The notes: generated by a model not told the origin, from the letters alone. Counted from the first letter of the stretch, positions 50,131 through 61,378 are shown. The stretch: 64,000 bases of DNA from Candidatus Latescibacterota bacterium (GCA_965215195.1 CBDCDC010000002.1:4416001-4480000); one strand, 5' to 3'. Program-made: numbers and translations.

Positions 50131-50183
50131 ATTGCGAATTGCGAGTTGCGAATTGCGAGTTGCGAGTTGCGAGTTGCGAATTG
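50131..50183. repeat. heptamer microsatellite (GARTTGC), about seven units
   Basis: attgcgaattgcgagttgcgaattgcgagttgcgagttgcgagttgcgaattg between coxG and coxS. Confidence 0.85.
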
Positions 50184-50202
50184 GGGCTGGGGCCGGAAAT
50201 TC

Positions 50203-50649
50203 CTAACTCCCAATTGATATTTCGCGTTCCAGCGCCCTGAAAAACTGGTTGGTAAACATCCGCGCCACGCCCGACAGCAGACGCTGGCCCATGCTCGCCA
50301 ATCGGCCCGTCAACTGGGAGCTGCCCTCGACTTCCACCGTAGTCGTCTCGTGATCTTTGTCAGTGAGCTGGACGTGGCCCTCGGCCCTGATCTGGCCGAT
50401 CTTGCCATCGACGTCGATGAGCAGGCGATAGCTTTCCGGCTCCTTGCTATCTACTACTTGCAGCGCGCCGTTGAACGTGCTGTTGATCGGCCCCATTTTG
50501 ATGTGCAGCACGGCTTGGTACTGGCCGGGGCCGGTCTGCTCCAAGGTATCGACGCCTGGAGTAATGCGCGCCAAGACCTCGGGGTCGTTGAGCAAGTCCC
50601 ACAGGATTTGCCGCGGGGCGCGAAAAGTATGAGAGTCTGTAAGCTGCAT
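50203..50649 (-). CDS. coxG: CoxG/SRPBCC family protein
   Basis: [17 protein letters not shown] and [11 protein letters not shown] motifs. Confidence 0.85.
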   Translation of the reverse strand: MQLTDSHTFRAPRQILWDLLNDPEVLARITPGVDTLEQTGPGQYQAVLHIKMGPINSTFNGALQVVDSKEPESYRLLIDVDGKIGQIRAEGHVQLTDKDHETTTVEVEGSSQLTGRLASMGQRLLSGVARMFTNQFFRALEREISIGS

Positions 50650-50756
50650 GGGCCGATGCTGTGGTTGAGGGCCAGAAGCGGATGTGCGATGGATATTAAA
50701 AAATTTTGCCTGTCCTTGTCAATTAAACAGCCAACGCGACGGAGCGACGGATTGGA

Positions 50757-51365
50757 ATGACCAGATTCGCAGACCTCAGCGGGATTGTACTGGCGGCGGG
50801 GCGTTCCTCGCGGATGGAGGGTGCCAATAAGTTGCTGCTGCCTTGGGAAACGCAATGCGTCCTCCAAGTGGTGGTGGAGCGGATCTGCGAGGTCGGTTTG
50901 GGAGAGGTGGTCGTGGTGACCGGGCATCAGCGGGCAGAGGTAGAGAAAGCGTTGAGCCGCTATCCCGTGCGGCTGGTACACAACCCAGACTTTGCCGAGG
51001 GAATGGCCGCTTCTATCAGAGTGGGCGTGGAAGCGGCAGCCAGCGAGAAAGGGTATCTCTTTGCGCTGGGGGATATGCCGCAGGTCGTTGGTAAGACGAT
51101 GCTAAAGGTCGCCGAGGCGTTAAAAAGTAGCGAGACTATCGCCGTGCCGGTGTGCGACGGGCGACGCGGCCATCCGGTAGCTATCGGCAGTGCCTATCGA
51201 GATGCCTTGCTCGCGTTGAAGGGCGATCGGGGTGCGCGGCCGATCTTGGCAAAAAACGCAGCCCATGTCGTGGAAGTGCCCGTGGAGGACGAGGGCATTT
51301 TCGTGGATGTGGATACGCGGGAAAGCTATGGGGCGACGCGGGCCGCATGGCAAAAGTTGGCGTAA
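50757..51365 (+). CDS. mocA: molybdenum cofactor cytidylyltransferase-like NTP transferase
   Basis: LAAGRSSRM, GMAASI, LGDMP, GRRGHPV, GDRGAR and DVDT motifs; adjacent to the cox cluster. Confidence 0.8.
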   Translation: MTRFADLSGIVLAAGRSSRMEGANKLLLPWETQCVLQVVVERICEVGLGEVVVVTGHQRAEVEKALSRYPVRLVHNPDFAEGMAASIRVGVEAAASEKGYLFALGDMPQVVGKTMLKVAEALKSSETIAVPVCDGRRGHPVAIGSAYRDALLALKGDRGARPILAKNAAHVVEVPVEDEGIFVDVDTRESYGATRAAWQKLA

Positions 51366-51501
51366 GGGATGCGGGAACAGAAGCATCGACATAGTTTTGA
51401 GTCGGCTAGCGGACCTAATTACAATCCATTGACGCCCAACAATAGGCTGTCTCATGCAATACAAGACCTCGCCGAAACTGTTGCTCAAGGAGAACCGCAT
51501 T

Positions 51502-52761
51502 ATGAAGACCGTACACTCCATACGGAAGACGTCGCTCAACAGCCGCACCCTGCTCATCGCCAGCATCCTCGCCCTCACCGTTAAACCAGCCGACGCTGGG
51601 CTGTGGGACAACATCAAGGAGAGTGTCAAATCATGGTACGCGGATGATAGCTCAGAAGCATCCGATGAGCCGACCATCCCTCAAACGCCCGTCGAGTATG
51701 CTGGCCACGTTGACCTGATTTTGAAAGAGCAAATCGAACTAGCTTTTGACGAAAATACCCCCGGTATCGGTAATGTGGGTTGGATGGGATTCTCGCCAGA
51801 AGGCACCCTGCTACTCACGGATTTCATCGGTAATCAAGCCGTTGAGTTCAGCCGTACCGACGGGCAATACATCCGATCCTTTGGGCGGGCGGGAAGTGGT
51901 CCGGGCGAATATGTCAGGCCTATGAGTATGGACATAGATCCCCAAGGTCAACTTTATATTCTCGATCCGGGACTCGGGTACTTACTCCGCTATGATCGGC
52001 AAGGGCAATACTTAGACCAGACTCCCCGCTTTTCTAAGGGGTCTCGGATCGCAACCGGGCGAGCCGGCGAAGTGTTCCTTATTAGGGCGAAAGGGACGTC
52101 TAGTGGCCATATTATGGAATTGCAGCGGCTTGACCCAGCAACCTACGAACCGATCTATCGCATTCCATTGTCCTCTAGCCAACAGTCTCTCCTCTCTAGA
52201 CGCATGTTCGGCTATGCCCGTTTGGACTACAGTCCGACGCGGCATCGTTTGTATTACATGGGACCTAATGACTACAAAGTCACAGAAATCGACGCGGACA
52301 CTGGTCGGCTGGTGCGTCAGTTTGGCTATCAGCTAGAGCGGTATGATTCCTTGCCGGAGCGCTACTACAACTTAAAGGGTGGAACCATCGAAGACATGAG
52401 TAAATTAGACCATGAAATGAGTTACGTGATGGCTATGGTTCTCGTGGCGGACCGGTATGTGTTTGTTGTCTACCAGCACCCCTCCATCTTCGATGACTTA
52501 GCCAGACGCGCACTCAAATGGGAAGGAATCGTCTATGACCTAAAGACTCCAGATCTGATCAAAGCCTATGCGTTTGAAGAGCCCATTCCATCATATCCCG
52601 ACCCTGTGGACAGCAGCAAAGTTCGTTATATGTCTATCCCCGGAAACGACCTCACTCATTGGGATGGTCGTCTATATAACTATCAATCGCCACCACCAGA
52701 GAGAGCCGAACATTCCAACGGCACGGTGAGGGTCTATGAATCCGTCTTTCGTTCCCAGTAA
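51502..52761 (+). CDS. secreted six-bladed beta-propeller protein
   Basis: Signal peptide; YIRSFGRAGSGPGEY motif; ATG 51502 after AAGGAG. Confidence 0.75.
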   Translation: MKTVHSIRKTSLNSRTLLIASILALTVKPADAGLWDNIKESVKSWYADDSSEASDEPTIPQTPVEYAGHVDLILKEQIELAFDENTPGIGNVGWMGFSPEGTLLLTDFIGNQAVEFSRTDGQYIRSFGRAGSGPGEYVRPMSMDIDPQGQLYILDPGLGYLLRYDRQGQYLDQTPRFSKGSRIATGRAGEVFLIRAKGTSSGHIMELQRLDPATYEPIYRIPLSSSQQSLLSRRMFGYARLDYSPTRHRLYYMGPNDYKVTEIDADTGRLVRQFGYQLERYDSLPERYYNLKGGTIEDMSKLDHEMSYVMAMVLVADRYVFVVYQHPSIFDDLARRALKWEGIVYDLKTPDLIKAYAFEEPIPSYPDPVDSSKVRYMSIPGNDLTHWDGRLYNYQSPPPERAEHSNGTVRVYESVFRSQ

Positions 52762-52881
52762 ATCATCCTTGCACGAATCAACGGAACGTCCTAGAGGCTC
52801 TAGCCGCTCACTCTCAAACCTCGAGCAGATCGTAAAATGGAGCGTTGATCCTGTCCACGGCAAAGATCACGAGCATACAAA

Positions 52882-54048
52882 ATGACGACATTAAAAAAGC
52901 TACTATACATCGCTCTCGCACTTGGGTTACTCGTCCTATTATTTGCGATTTTCAGCGATTCCACGCCGTCGCAAAATCCCCGCCACGAATCCCTCGAAAC
53001 CCTCCCTGAACTCGAACCACCCAACACCCCAGTCGCCATAGAGACGATCCAGCATCGCGACCTCGTTCAAAAAATTATCTCAACGGGCGTCTTTAAGGCC
53101 AAAATGGAGACTGCCATCGTCCCCCAAGTAGCGGGCCAAGTGCGCCGCCTCAACGTCGAGGAAAGCCGCTTTGTCAGCAAAGGCGACACCATCTTGGAAT
53201 TGGACGCGGAACGCTATACTATCGCTTATCTACAGGCAAAAGACCAAATGACGCGGGCACTGCGGGAATACGCCTCCATAGCCTTATTGAGCAACCAACT
53301 GGACCGCGGGCACCAAGCACGCGACCTCATCGAGACCAAAGCCGATAGCACCAACATCAACGATGTAGAAGCTCTATCGCTGTTTGCCAACGGCACCCCC
53401 AAAGAATGGATCGCCAGCACTACGGGCTTGACTCGCGCTCGACTCAACCTGAAACAAGCCGAACTCGACCTCAAAAACGCAGTTATTACAGCGCCCTTTG
53501 CCGGCGTCGTAACCGAAGTGGAAGTAACCTCTAACACCTGGGTCACCCAAGGACAGACCCTGATGCAGCTTTTGGCGCTCAACCCGCTGCTGCTTGAAGT
53601 CAGCATTCTCGAAAGCGAACTGCGCTTACTACACATCGGCGCTCAGGCAGCCATCGCGCTCCACGCGTACCCCGACGACCAGTTTGCGGGCGCGGTCAAA
53701 GCCATCAGTCCGGTAGTCGATAGCGAAAGCGGAACTTGCCGCATCTTGATCCAAATGGATAACCCCGGTCAGCGCATCAAACCCGGCATGTTCGCCCGGC
53801 TCGAAATCGGCGTCAAATCCTTTCAGCAGCGGCTGCTCATCCCACGCGACGCGCTCCTCATCCGCGATGACCGCAAGCTAGTGTTCGTCCACCAAGACGG
53901 GCTAGCCCAATGGCGCTACGTGAAGACCGGCCTCGAAAACGACGACTTTATCGAGATTACCGAAGGGTTAGAAGCCGGCGAAGAACTCATCGTATCCGGG
54001 CACTACAACCTAGCCCACGAAGCCAAAGTCGTGGTCGTCCAGCGCTGA
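52882..54048 (+). CDS. RND efflux periplasmic adaptor (MFP)
   Basis: N-terminal TM; ITAPFAGVV, ISPVVD, IKPGMFA and GLEAGEELIVSG motifs. Confidence 0.9.
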   Translation: MTTLKKLLYIALALGLLVLLFAIFSDSTPSQNPRHESLETLPELEPPNTPVAIETIQHRDLVQKIISTGVFKAKMETAIVPQVAGQVRRLNVEESRFVSKGDTILELDAERYTIAYLQAKDQMTRALREYASIALLSNQLDRGHQARDLIETKADSTNINDVEALSLFANGTPKEWIASTTGLTRARLNLKQAELDLKNAVITAPFAGVVTEVEVTSNTWVTQGQTLMQLLALNPLLLEVSILESELRLLHIGAQAAIALHAYPDDQFAGAVKAISPVVDSESGTCRILIQMDNPGQRIKPGMFARLEIGVKSFQQRLLIPRDALLIRDDRKLVFVHQDGLAQWRYVKTGLENDDFIEITEGLEAGEELIVSGHYNLAHEAKVVVVQR

Positions 54049-54060
54049 GAGGAGCGGCCT

Positions 54061-56894
54061 GTGCGTATCGTGCGCTTTGCCGTCTATCGGCCCGTAGCCA
54101 CTACCGTTTGCTTTCTCGCCGCGCTCCTCTTGGGTTCGTACTCCCTCTTCCGGCTAAGCGTAGATTTCCTCCCCGACCTCGACATTCCTCGGCTCATCGT
54201 CCGCACGGATGCCCCCAGCCTAAGTGCCCTCGACGTAGAAGAACACGTCACCCGTCCCATTGAGTCGTCTCTCAGTGCCATCAGCGGCGTCCGGCGGCTC
54301 AAGTCCATTTCGCAAGACGGCATCTCTTTTGTGGAGGTTGAGTTCAACTGGGGCAGCGACATGGACCTCAGCTTCATCAAGGCGCGCAGCAGCCTCGACC
54401 AAGGCCATCTGTCGCAAACGGCCGGCCGCCCTACCATTTTGCGCTTCGACCCCTCGGCCGCCCCCATTATGACGCTTGTGGTCACCAGTGATCGGGTCCA
54501 ACAGCCCCGCTCCACGCGAGATTACCAAGCGGCCCTCGTGGAGCTGAAGGAAGTGGCGCAGGCGGTAGTCAAACGCCGGCTGGAGCAGATCGATGGCGTG
54601 GCTTACGTGCAGGTCGCCGGCGGGCTAGACCGCGAAATTCAAATCCATCTCGACGCCGAGAAAAGCAGGCGCTACAACATCGACTTTGCCGAGGTGGAAA
54701 ACAGCCTCAAACAGTTTAACATAACCCATTCCGGCGGCTCAATCCGCGACGGTTTTGCCCAGTTCCCTCTGCGCATCCAAGCCGAGTTCACCGACGTGCA
54801 ACAAATCCGCCAAGTCCCGGTGCAACTAACGCCCAAACTAATCCGCTTACAGGACGTGGCCCGCGTCGAAGACGGCTATGCAGAACGCACCGGCTACACC
54901 CGCTTGAACGGACACGAAGTCATCACCCTGTATGTTTTTAAGGAGGCCGGTGCCAATACTGTGGAAGCCTCCGAAAAAGTGTACGACAGCCTCTACCGCT
55001 TTTCGCAAGAGTACGCGGACTTCGCCGTAGTGCCGGTCTTCGACCAAGCCGAGTTCATCAGTGAATCTATACACAATGTCCTCCAATCCTTGTACTTGGG
55101 CGGCCTCTTTGCCTTTGTCATCCTCATTTACTTCCTCCGCGATCTTAAGAACCCGCTTATCGTAGGGCTATCCATACCTATTTCCATTATTACCACCTTT
55201 ATCTGCATGTACTTCCTCGACATCCACTTTAACATTGTGTCGTTGGGGGGCCTCGCGTTGGGCATCGGCATCTTAGTCGACAACTCAATCGTCGTGCTAG
55301 AAAACATTTATCGCTACCGCGAAATGTCGCACGAGCCGGGCGCAGCAGCGGTCCGCGGCACCCGCGAGGTGGGCTTGGCCATCACAGCCTCGACCCTTAC
55401 AACCATGTCGGTTTTCATGCCCTTAGTGTATGTCAAGGGAATCGCTGGGGCACTCTTTTACGAGCAGGCCGTCACCATCTCCCTCGCGTTGGCAGCCTCT
55501 TTAATCGTGTCCATCATGCTACTGCCGATGCTGTCGGCTCGGTCTTGGGATGCGCCTAATACATCGGGGCAACTCTACCGCATCGGGCGCGTAGCGGCCA
55601 CCCCTTTCCTCCTCACCATCGACCTCTTTCAATACCTGTTCAACAAGTTTTTTTTGCTATACGAGTACGGCCTCGTCCGCGCCCTGCGTCATCGCTGGGA
55701 GGTAGCCGGAGCGCTGTTTGTCCTGCTTGCCCTGAGTACCTATCTGGCCACCGGCCTAGAGCGGGAGCTCATACCCACCGTCGATAGGAAGCATTTAGTC
55801 CTCCGCTTTTTCAGCAGCACCAGACCCCATTCGATCTGAAAATCATCGGGCCGCAGCTAAGTGTCCTCGCTGATTTGAGCCAGCAGGTCACAGATTTTAT
55901 GCAGCAGGACGCGGGCTTTGCCAACGCCCGCGCCAACTTGCAAGCCAGCAAGCAGGTATTCAATGTCGAGATCCAACGGGAAGCGGCCCTCCAGTACGGC
56001 ATCCGCCTCGCCGAACTCGCCGACTTTATCAATCGCCAGCTACAAGGCACTACGCCCACCCAATTCGTCGATTTTGCCGATCGCATAGATATCAAAGTGT
56101 TAGCCGAGCACCGCGATGAACTCGACTTGTGGCGCGTCCTCAACATGCAGTACCCGGTCGGGACGCCGGAGCACCTCGTTTCCGTCCCGCTCTCCGAGTT
56201 GGTTCGCCTCAAACCGAGCGAGGGCTACGAAGCCATCCACCGCGAGAATCAAGCGCGCACCGTCGCCGTCACGGCCGCCTTACAGGGCCTCGACTTTGCC
56301 CAAGCCGAGGCGCGGCTAAGCGAATTTCTGTCCGCGGTATCCATCCCCGACGGGTACTGGATCGAGATCGGCACTCAGCACGCCGAGTTGCAGGAACACT
56401 ATCAAAACCTGTACCTCATTCTCTTTATCTCCATCGTATTGGTCTATTTCATTCTCGCCGCCCAGTTTGAGTCCCTCGCCGTTCCTTTTGTAATCGTCGT
56501 AGCCGTGCCCCTCGCGTCTATAGGCGTCATCTGCACCCTGTGGCTAACAGGCAATACGCTAAACATCATGTCCTTGTTGGGCTGTATCGTCCTCGTGGGA
56601 ATTGTGGTGAACGATTCTATCGTCAAAACCGACTTTATCCACCGCCACTACCGGGCCAGCGGCGACCTTAGTCAAGCCATTGTGGAGGCCGGGCAAAAGC
56701 GGTTCCGCCCCATCTGTATGACGACCCTGACCACGGTCTGCGGCCTGTTGCCCATGGCCTTATCTAGCGGCAGCGGTGCCGAGTTGCGTCGTCCCTTGGC
56801 GTGGGCGGTTGTTGGCGGCATCTCTCTATCAACCCTATTGATCCTGATCGCCGTTCCCATCCTCTACGCGGTCGTTGCACGGGCGAAAGACTGA
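54061..56894 (+). pseudogene. AcrB-family RND permease 1, split by a frameshifting internal deletion near 55810
   Basis: ORF 54061-55839 (GILVDNSIVVLENI) continues in another frame as QQHQTPFDLKIIGP into ORF 55875-56894 (GIVVNDSI, RFRPI); roughly 100 aa appear to be missing. Confidence 0.75.
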
Positions 56895-56895
56895 C

Positions 56896-59800
56896 ATGCA
56901 CAAGCTGCTGGACAGGCCCGTGGCCGTGGGCGTAGCCAGCGTGGCGGTGATGGCGTTGGGGTTGGTTTGTTTTCGGTTGGTCCCTATTGACATCGGCGGC
57001 CAGCTAGACGCGCCGCGGCTCACTGTGAGCGTTGGCTGGCCCGGCGTTTCGGCTTTCACCATTGAATCGCAGATTACCTCTCCCTTAGAGTCGCTTGTGC
57101 AGAGTCTGGGGGGCGTAGTCCTGCTGAGCTCCACTAGTTCCAAAGGACATGCGTATATCACCGCTGAATTCGCCCCCGACGCGGATATACAACTAGCCGA
57201 GCTAGCGCTAGCCGAAAAGATCTATTCATTCCGCCGCCAAATGCCGCTTGGTGCTTCGCCGCCCCGCGTTCAGCACACTGATCCCGACCAGCTAAACAAC
57301 CCGAATTTCGTCCGTTTAATGCTGCTTGGCCGCGAAGACCCCGCTGTCCTGCGCCAATATGCAGACGACCGCTTGCGGCTACCCTTGCAATCCGTGCCGG
57401 GCGTTGAGCAGGTGACCGTGCTCGGCGGTGCCCAACAGCACATCCTCCTCGAAGTAAACCAGCTCCGAACACAGCGCTGGCAAATCGACCAAGGGATGCT
57501 GAGCCAAGCGCTAGCCGCCCAAGGCATACAGACCCGTTTCCTCGGCGCAGCGCAAAGCCAAGGCGCACTCAGCAGCATCCAGCTTCACGGCAACCTCGCG
57601 GACTTGGAGACCCTCGAGCAAGTGCCGCTCAAGCGGCTGGCGCACGGCCGCTTCATTTACCTAAAGGATGTGGCGACCGTGCGCTACCGGCCCGGCCCTC
57701 CTTTGTCGCTCTACCGGATCAACGGGCGCAACGCAATTGCCATCCAATTCGCAAAAACGCCCGGTAGCGACATGATCCACACTTCCCAGCAGATCCGGGA
57801 GAGGGTGGCCGAACTCTCCCAGCAGCTACCCGAGGGCTTTGAGATCGTCGCGCTACGCGACAAGGGGGCCGAGATAGAGCAGGACTTTCGCTTTCTGCTG
57901 CGCTGGTCGGCGTTTTCCATTGCCTTTATTGCGTTGGTGCTGGTCGGCGTTTTCCGGCACTTCCAAACGGTCTTGCTCATTTTAAGCTCTATATGGCTCT
58001 CCGTCTTGGGGGCGGTCGTGGTGTTCTTCGCCCTCGGCATTCACCTAAACCTCGCTACCCTCGCCGGTTTCACCATCGGTTTTGGCCTGATTGTAGATAA
58101 CGCCATTGTCATCTACGAGTACCTCCACCGCCGCGTCCAATCCCTCGCGCCCGGCGGCGATGTGCGCGCAGCCGTGGTCGCGGGGTTGCGCGAAGTGGTT
58201 CATCCCATCGTCGTGTCTAACCTGACCACCTTGGGGGCTTTTCTACCAGTCTTTTTCCTGTCCCGAGAATTACAGGGCTATTTCGAGCCGTTTGTAGTGG
58301 CCCTAGGGCTGACGCTCGCGATGGCCCTCCTAGTCGCCCTCACCCTGATCCCGACCTTCTTCTACTGGACGGTTGCGAGGTCGGCCTTCGCCCCGGCTGC
58401 ATCCACCGAGCGCTTCTACCGCTTGTATCGCGCGGTCCTCTCGTTGTGCGTCCGCCGCAAAAAAATGTTCCTCGGTTTGGTCTTGTGGACTGTGGGCGTA
58501 CCGCTGTGGTTGCTGCCGGACGAGCTAGGCCGCGAGCGGGTCGTGCAGGCCACTGACACAATCACTACGCGGCATCAGTACAAAGCCTGGCTCGCGACGA
58601 GAGACACCACCACTTCGTCTAGCTTGTTCGCGTCCAAACGCTCGCCAGAGGCTCCCCCGCTCTGGGATCGGCTCTACGCGGGGGGAGCCGATTTCTACAA
58701 TCAAACGTGGGGCAACCCGGTAGTGGGTGCGATCAAGCCGGTGCTCTTCAAAGCATTTGGTGGGGCCACGTATTTTTTGTTTAGCGACCTATCGCACCGG
58801 CTCGACCAGCGGCCTCCCCGGTACATTCTCCAAGAACTCTCAGAAGGCTTTTCCCTGATCGTCTCTCTCCGAATATCCTACAACGCCCACATAAGCCAAC
58901 TGGACAAAATTTTGCGGGAGGTGGAAAAACAATTGCTCAACTTTGCGCCGTATATCGAGGGCATCATCGCCCAAAGTACGGGCCGGTACGGGCTTATTCA
59001 GGTGCTGCTCAAGGAAGAGTACCGCACCTCGGATATACCCTACATCCTCTACGAGCGTCTAGTGGCCTACGAGGGCAACCTCGGCGGCGTGGGAATGTCG
59101 GTATATGCCAAGGGACTGGAAGGGATCGGCAAGCCTTCAGTCGGGAGCCGCAGCGTCTCCAACCAGCTTAGTATTCACGGCTTCAACTTTGGGCAGGTAG
59201 GCAACATTGCCGAAGACATAGCCGAGCAGCTAAGGCAGCGGCGCTCGCGGCGGATTAAGGACATTCACCTCGACTTTGTCTACGGCCCATTCCAGCACGA
59301 AATAGTGGCCCAGTTCGACCATGGCAAAACCGCGCCTCTCGGCCTAGGGCACGCCGATATTGTTCATGAGATCCAAGATCGGCTCGCCGTTGGTACTGCT
59401 CTTGCATACGTCTATATGGACGGGCAACAATACGCCGTAAGCGTCGCCGACACCGGCGCCAGTCGCATGACCATCCGCCGCCTCCGTCAAGTCGCTTTGG
59501 ATGCACACCCAGCGCGCCTAGGGCACGTTGCCCACATTCAGAAACGAGCCGTGCCGCCCAGCATAAAACGCGAAGACCAACGCTACATCCGCACCATTGG
59601 ATTCACGGTTTTGGGAAGCCACTCTTATTCCAACAGCATCCTACAAGACATCGTCGACCACACGCCCCTGCCGTACGGGTATAGCCTTTCCAATCCCATG
59701 ATATACGAGATAGACAAAAAGGAGCGACAGGAGCTGGGAGGCATCGTGCTTTTGGCGGTTCTCTTGGTCTGGATGATCGCCGCCGCGCTTTTTGAGTCTT

Positions 59801-60222
59801 GGACCCGGCCGCTATTGGTGCTCATTGCCCTGCCCCTCGCGCTCATAGGGATGGGTGCGGCGTACTTCCTGTCCGATGCCCCTTTTAACCAAGGCGGCTA
59901 TGCGGCCTTGTTGTTGTTGATGGGCATTGCCGTCAACAATTCTATCCTGCTCGTGTACACCATCTTCAACACGCTGAAGCGGCAGCCGGCCGATCCCACC
60001 GAGGCGATTGCCAACGCGGCCTTCCAACGCTTGCGCCCCATTTTCATCACCACCCTTACGACAATCGCCGGGTTTCTGCCCATGTTGCTGCAAGGTGAAA
60101 AAACCGACTTCTGGTACACCTTGGCCTTGGGGACCTCAGGCGGCTTGGCGTCCTCCTCAGTGTTACTGGTATTGGTGGTGCCGCTATGTGCGATTTGGCT
60201 TGCGACGGCCCAACAAAAGTAG
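56896..60222 (+). CDS. AcrB-family RND permease 2
   Basis: GLIVDNAIV, GIAVNNSILL and RLRPIFITTLTT motifs; ATG at 56896. Confidence 0.88.
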   Translation: MHKLLDRPVAVGVASVAVMALGLVCFRLVPIDIGGQLDAPRLTVSVGWPGVSAFTIESQITSPLESLVQSLGGVVLLSSTSSKGHAYITAEFAPDADIQLAELALAEKIYSFRRQMPLGASPPRVQHTDPDQLNNPNFVRLMLLGREDPAVLRQYADDRLRLPLQSVPGVEQVTVLGGAQQHILLEVNQLRTQRWQIDQGMLSQALAAQGIQTRFLGAAQSQGALSSIQLHGNLADLETLEQVPLKRLAHGRFIYLKDVATVRYRPGPPLSLYRINGRNAIAIQFAKTPGSDMIHTSQQIRERVAELSQQLPEGFEIVALRDKGAEIEQDFRFLLRWSAFSIAFIALVLVGVFRHFQTVLLILSSIWLSVLGAVVVFFALGIHLNLATLAGFTIGFGLIVDNAIVIYEYLHRRVQSLAPGGDVRAAVVAGLREVVHPIVVSNLTTLGAFLPVFFLSRELQGYFEPFVVALGLTLAMALLVALTLIPTFFYWTVARSAFAPAASTERFYRLYRAVLSLCVRRKKMFLGLVLWTVGVPLWLLPDELGRERVVQATDTITTRHQYKAWLATRDTTTSSSLFASKRSPEAPPLWDRLYAGGADFYNQTWGNPVVGAIKPVLFKAFGGATYFLFSDLSHRLDQRPPRYILQELSEGFSLIVSLRISYNAHISQLDKILREVEKQLLNFAPYIEGIIAQSTGRYGLIQVLLKEEYRTSDIPYILYERLVAYEGNLGGVGMSVYAKGLEGIGKPSVGSRSVSNQLSIHGFNFGQVGNIAEDIAEQLRQRRSRRIKDIHLDFVYGPFQHEIVAQFDHGKTAPLGLGHADIVHEIQDRLAVGTALAYVYMDGQQYAVSVADTGASRMTIRRLRQVALDAHPARLGHVAHIQKRAVPPSIKREDQRYIRTIGFTVLGSHSYSNSILQDIVDHTPLPYGYSLSNPMIYEIDKKERQELGGIVLLAVLLVWMIAAALFESWTRPLLVLIALPLALIGMGAAYFLSDAPFNQGGYAALLLLMGIAVNNSILLVYTIFNTLKRQPADPTEAIANAAFQRLRPIFITTLTTIAGFLPMLLQGEKTDFWYTLALGTSGGLASSSVLLVLVVPLCAIWLATAQQK

Positions 60223-60337
60223 AGACGAGCGGAGTGAGCTATTCCTTTATTCCGCCTGTATCATAGGAAAGGTACAAGGCGCGGGGTAAGAGGGAGGGAG
60301 ATACCGAGTGGGACAGCAAAGAACAATCCCGCCTCTA

Positions 60338-61351
60338 CTAGGCCTGCTCGACGAAGGTGATCCACAGCGGACTTTCGCCTACTTTGTGTTGCTCCAAGGG
60401 CGTCAGTGCCCCACTAGCCGCGTCAATGCGGTACGAGGTCAGCCGCCCCGATCCCTGTCCAACCGCGTAGGCGAAGCGGCCGCTCGGATCCAGCTCAAAA
60501 AAGCGCGGCGTGGCCTCAGTGGGATAGTGTCCTTGGGCCGTCAGCCGCCCATCGTCGCCAATGGCAAAGAGGGCCAAGGAATCGTGGCCGCGATTGGACC
60601 CGTAGAGAAACTGGCCGTCGGGCGCGATCTTTATTTCGGCCGTGGTGTTGTCCTCGCGGTCAAACCCCTCCGGCAAGGTCGAAATAACCTGAAACGGCGA
60701 CAGGGTCCCGGCCTGCGGGTCGAAGCGATGGGCCGAAATCGTGCTGCCGTTTTCGTTGACCGCATAGAGCAGGTCTCGGGTCGGGTGGAAGGCAAAGTGC
60801 CGCGGGCCTTCGGGCGTGGCCGGTTGTATCTTGGGCGGGTCGTTGGGCGTCAGCCGCCCGGTTTGCTCGTCAAAGCGAAACTGAAAGATGGCGTTGGCCG
60901 GATTGGTGTGCGGCACAAAGGCAAAGCGATTCGAGCGGTCGGTTTGGATGCTGTGGGCGTGTACTGCGGTGGAAAGCATTTGCAGTGGCTGGGCCGAGAG
61001 TGCTCCGTCCGCAGCCACGCGGTGAACGCCGACCTGACCCGACCCATAATAAGACGACAATAAAAAGACACCGGTATGGTCCAAAAATAAATAGGGCGGG
61101 CCTTCTTCTAAGCTCGTCTCCGCCCGCTTGACCAGCGCCCCCTCCCCCCGATTGACCGCATAGCTAGCCAGTTTTTGGGCCGAGCGCAGGGCCACGAATA
61201 GCTGGGTCCCGTCTGGGCGCGTGGCCACCGCCCCCGGGGAGTCCTCCAACTCGATATTGGGCTGCGGCTCTAACGCGCCGCTGGCTTCGTCCATCAGGAA
61301 ATGCGATAAAAAGTTGCTGCCCGCGTTTGAAACATATATGTGATACGCCAT
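60338..61351 (-). CDS. pgl: lactonase (6-phosphogluconolactonase YbhE-like beta-propeller)
   Basis: HAHSI, GPRHFAFHP, YAVNE, SNRGHDS and PRFF motifs. Confidence 0.85.
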   Translation of the reverse strand: MAYHIYVSNAGSNFLSHFLMDEASGALEPQPNIELEDSPGAVATRPDGTQLFVALRSAQKLASYAVNRGEGALVKRAETSLEEGPPYLFLDHTGVFLLSSYYGSGQVGVHRVAADGALSAQPLQMLSTAVHAHSIQTDRSNRFAFVPHTNPANAIFQFRFDEQTGRLTPNDPPKIQPATPEGPRHFAFHPTRDLLYAVNENGSTISAHRFDPQAGTLSPFQVISTLPEGFDREDNTTAEIKIAPDGQFLYGSNRGHDSLALFAIGDDGRLTAQGHYPTEATPRFFELDPSGRFAYAVGQGSGRLTSYRIDAASGALTPLEQHKVGESPLWITFVEQA

Positions 61352-61378
61352 GGAAATCTCCTCCTTTTCACCGCGCCT

